Positions 61,204-64,000 of a stretch of 64,000 bases of DNA are shown here, in pieces. The first letter of the stretch is position 1, and the number at the start of each line of letters is the position of its first letter. Under the pieces are notes generated by a model. That model did not search any database. It was not told where the DNA came from and worked only from the letters and a program-made list of their open reading frames with translations. A program made the position numbers and the translations under genes. This stretch comes from Phoronis australis (taxonomy: Eukaryota > Animalia > Phoronida): NCBI GenBank assembly GCA_002633005.1, contig NMRA01000393.1, positions 56,706-120,705 on the forward strand, in the 5' to 3' direction.

Positions 61204-64000
61204 CCATCACACGCTTTGCTCATGCTTTCTGCTGTTATTCAACCGTGAACGCGCCCTTTTGCTTAATCAACGCGCAGCATTGCTTAATCAACGCATTTAA
61301 TGTGTTATTCGTTATGTCCAATCAAAGACAAGTTTACAGTCAGTACGAAGTTAACGGCGCTATAATTAAGTGCTCACTTGAACAATCTGCGGAACTGGCT
61401 GTGCACGACTGCACGCACTCTTTTTTGTCAAGATCACTGCTGCAAAAATTGTTATGAAATTCGGTTTGGTGGTGGTAAAATATTAAAAATGAAATGAAAC
61501 CAGTTCCGATAATTTGTTGTGACATGTACGCAACCTCGTAGAAGAACAGTTGATTGAAGAAATGGGGAAAAAGAAACTGGCCAATAGGTGACGCAATATT
61601 TCATGGCACCGAAAGCCGACGCAAAAGATCGCACCATAGCTTTACCAGCAGAATAAGGTAGAACGCCAATCGGTCCTAAGTTGTATAAAATTTTCATATC
61701 GTAAAGCAACATATCACAACTATTTGATGTTGGAAGATTTGGTTTTTCATTAAAGTGTGAAAATGATACATGGCGTATAAACACAGTTTAAAGTACTAAG
61801 GTACTATTTTCTTGAGATAAACAATGTTTGACTGAAAGTGCTGGAGTGGGTCCCCGGATGTGGTGTCCGATCCTTGGGGTTCCTGTTTTAAAGGTCGGTG
61901 TTCGTTTTTTTCAGGGTCGTTAGTTGTTTTTGAAGGTACGAGTATCTGTTTTTGACTCCGGGATATGTGTTTTACACAGGGGTTCCAAATTCAACGGAAC
62001 GCCTTGAATGTTATTTCAGCTTTGCAAAATCCAGCTTGAGCTAGGGTTAGGGTTAGGATATACTCAGCATGCAACAACTTCGTTTTATGCATAATCAATT
62101 TCACACTTTATAGAAAAAATAGCTTACGAATCAGTCGACGTTTTTAGATATATAAACATGTAAATCAAAACCCTTACTAGAATTAACCTTTATATAGGTC
62201 ATGACATGATGGCAGCACAATATGAAAAGTAGAGGCACACGAATTCTGAGATAATAGACGCTTTTTAAGGTACTAGACTCTTTTAAATCCGTAATTCACA
62301 GCATGAAAACTGGAGTGCATACACATGCAGGTACCTACCGGGAGAGCACGGGAGTCTGCTCCTTAAGACATTTTCAGAATTTGTTCATTTGAACGTGTAT
62401 GTTGGATCATTCCAGTTGTAGACTGCCACCGTTATGAGTTAAATTTGCACTCTAAAATTCACAAAAATATTTTTTACGGTTGACAGTACATGAACACATA
62501 ATACCCTCATCCGTTATACACCTATAATGTTTTCAGTCATCTTCCTGACAGTATGATCAACACAGCGAGTTTTGTACGAACAACCTCTTGTTCATTAACA
62601 ATACTTTCCTAATGGTGATCTTCAAAGCACATACTATTCTTGGAACTCTGTGGGGAAAAGTAATGAAGTAATTTATTTTTTATAAAACAATCGAGAATAT
62701 TACTTTTGTGTAATTCACAAATAGTCGTTGGTTCAAGTTCTTCCATTTATTTCAATTCTGGTCAGTGCATTTGGGAGATGATTCGGGCCGCGAACGTCAC
62801 TTCTCGTGTGAATAATATAGTTGACAGGTAATGGGGAAAACCTAAATTTTTTTCTCCTGAATAACTTTGCTGTGGGAAACCTGTGCATAACAAGTTTTCT
62901 CAGACATTTTAAGTATGTATGAACACCCTGACGAGCACGTTAGTCACGTGAGCGCAGATGGGACACATTGCCAGGCTGCCAAAGTGTTCAATAAAACATT
63001 TCCCTTCTTTTTGTCGACTGCTCCTGCTCCCTCTGCAGACGCGTATTTCACTCAGGAAGCGCTAGCCCCCAACTTCACCTGTGGGGGTGGCGCTCACCCC
63101 TCCCCCCACTTCCTACGCCTAAGGCATAGTTTCGTATGAATCCGATCAACCATTTCCGAAATAAGATTTTCCGATGTTGGCGTTCCCGCGCCGTAATCGG
63201 GATAGGGGTGACATTTGCCCATGTTTAGGTCAAACCTCCACCACATTAAAATGTTGCAGAACACCGCCGCTTTGAATGTCCTAAGCCCACTTCATCTCTA
63301 TCAAAGTCGCCGTAACACATAATGCATGGACAACGCAACATCGGCCGCTCGTATTCACTTCGTTAGCCTTTATCACAAATGAGTACTTTCAGTTGAAAAA
63401 AGCATGGCATTATCTTGTGGTCTTGGGCATGTCTGAAAAGCAATGACACGTGACCATTGTTACTTTTGATAACCAGACTTCATTGCAGCTGCTCCTCTTA
63501 CTCCTGAATTTGTTTAATCTTTGACGAATTATTTTTAGAGCGTATTCTCAAAATGTGGACGATTTCCACAAAATGTTGTTTGGCAGTTTTCGGTTAGCCG
63601 ACTCGCAGTTCAGTTGGGTAGAGTTCAGTTGGGTAGAGGTCAGTAACACTTTGACCTCGTTGAAAACCAAAACTTCTCGAGATTACGCTAAAGATTGCTG
63701 TGCATTTTCAGTGAAACCTCGTGATTTTGGCTAGATTTTCTCGCCGCGAAAAATCAGCTGAACTCTATCCTGGTCTCGACACCTTGTGACTGAGGTCGCT
63801 CGAAATCGAAATTGGTAATCCTGTGTTCCTCTAGTTCCAGAGCGCCGTTAAGCGCACGTGCACACTTTTAATTCACGCGGCGGACATGAGAATTCAAAGC
63901 GATTCTCACTGCGATAAGACAAAACGGAAGATGACATTGCCCGAGTTGAATGGCTGGTCTGTCGAGTCCAACCTGGATATTAAATCTTAAAAATGTGTCA

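Noticed and set aside
62042-62057. TTAGGG-like telomeric repeat
   Set aside because: Fewer than three units; such short tracts are common at repeat ends.

Overview
Intron-rich animal (invertebrate-type) genomic DNA, not prokaryotic; I saw no rRNA, tRNA or CRISPR array. Three protein-coding genes can be assembled by hand from GT-AG splice sites. (1) The 3' end of an unknown + strand gene (<1..3289) whose last exon carries a BRC-repeat-like motif. (2) A complete 8-exon ATP6AP2 (renin/prorenin receptor, V-ATPase accessory subunit) gene on the - strand (9461..18278, 329 aa). (3) A divergently transcribed BCOR/BCORL1-family gene on the + strand (about 25144..41004 or further) with PLDLS, three ankyrin repeats and no recognisable complete PUFD exon. 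The head-to-head ATP6AP2/BCOR pair matches the human Xp11.4 arrangement. The rest is rich in mobile DNA: two Penelope-like fragments with minimal hammerhead-ribozyme motifs, two hAT transposase remnants, several MITE families (5-, 8- and 9-bp TSDs), three Helentron-type HINE copies with nested insertions (one a THAP-bearing Kolobok), and many minisatellites. All calls come from reading the sequence and recalled family motifs; no searches were run.
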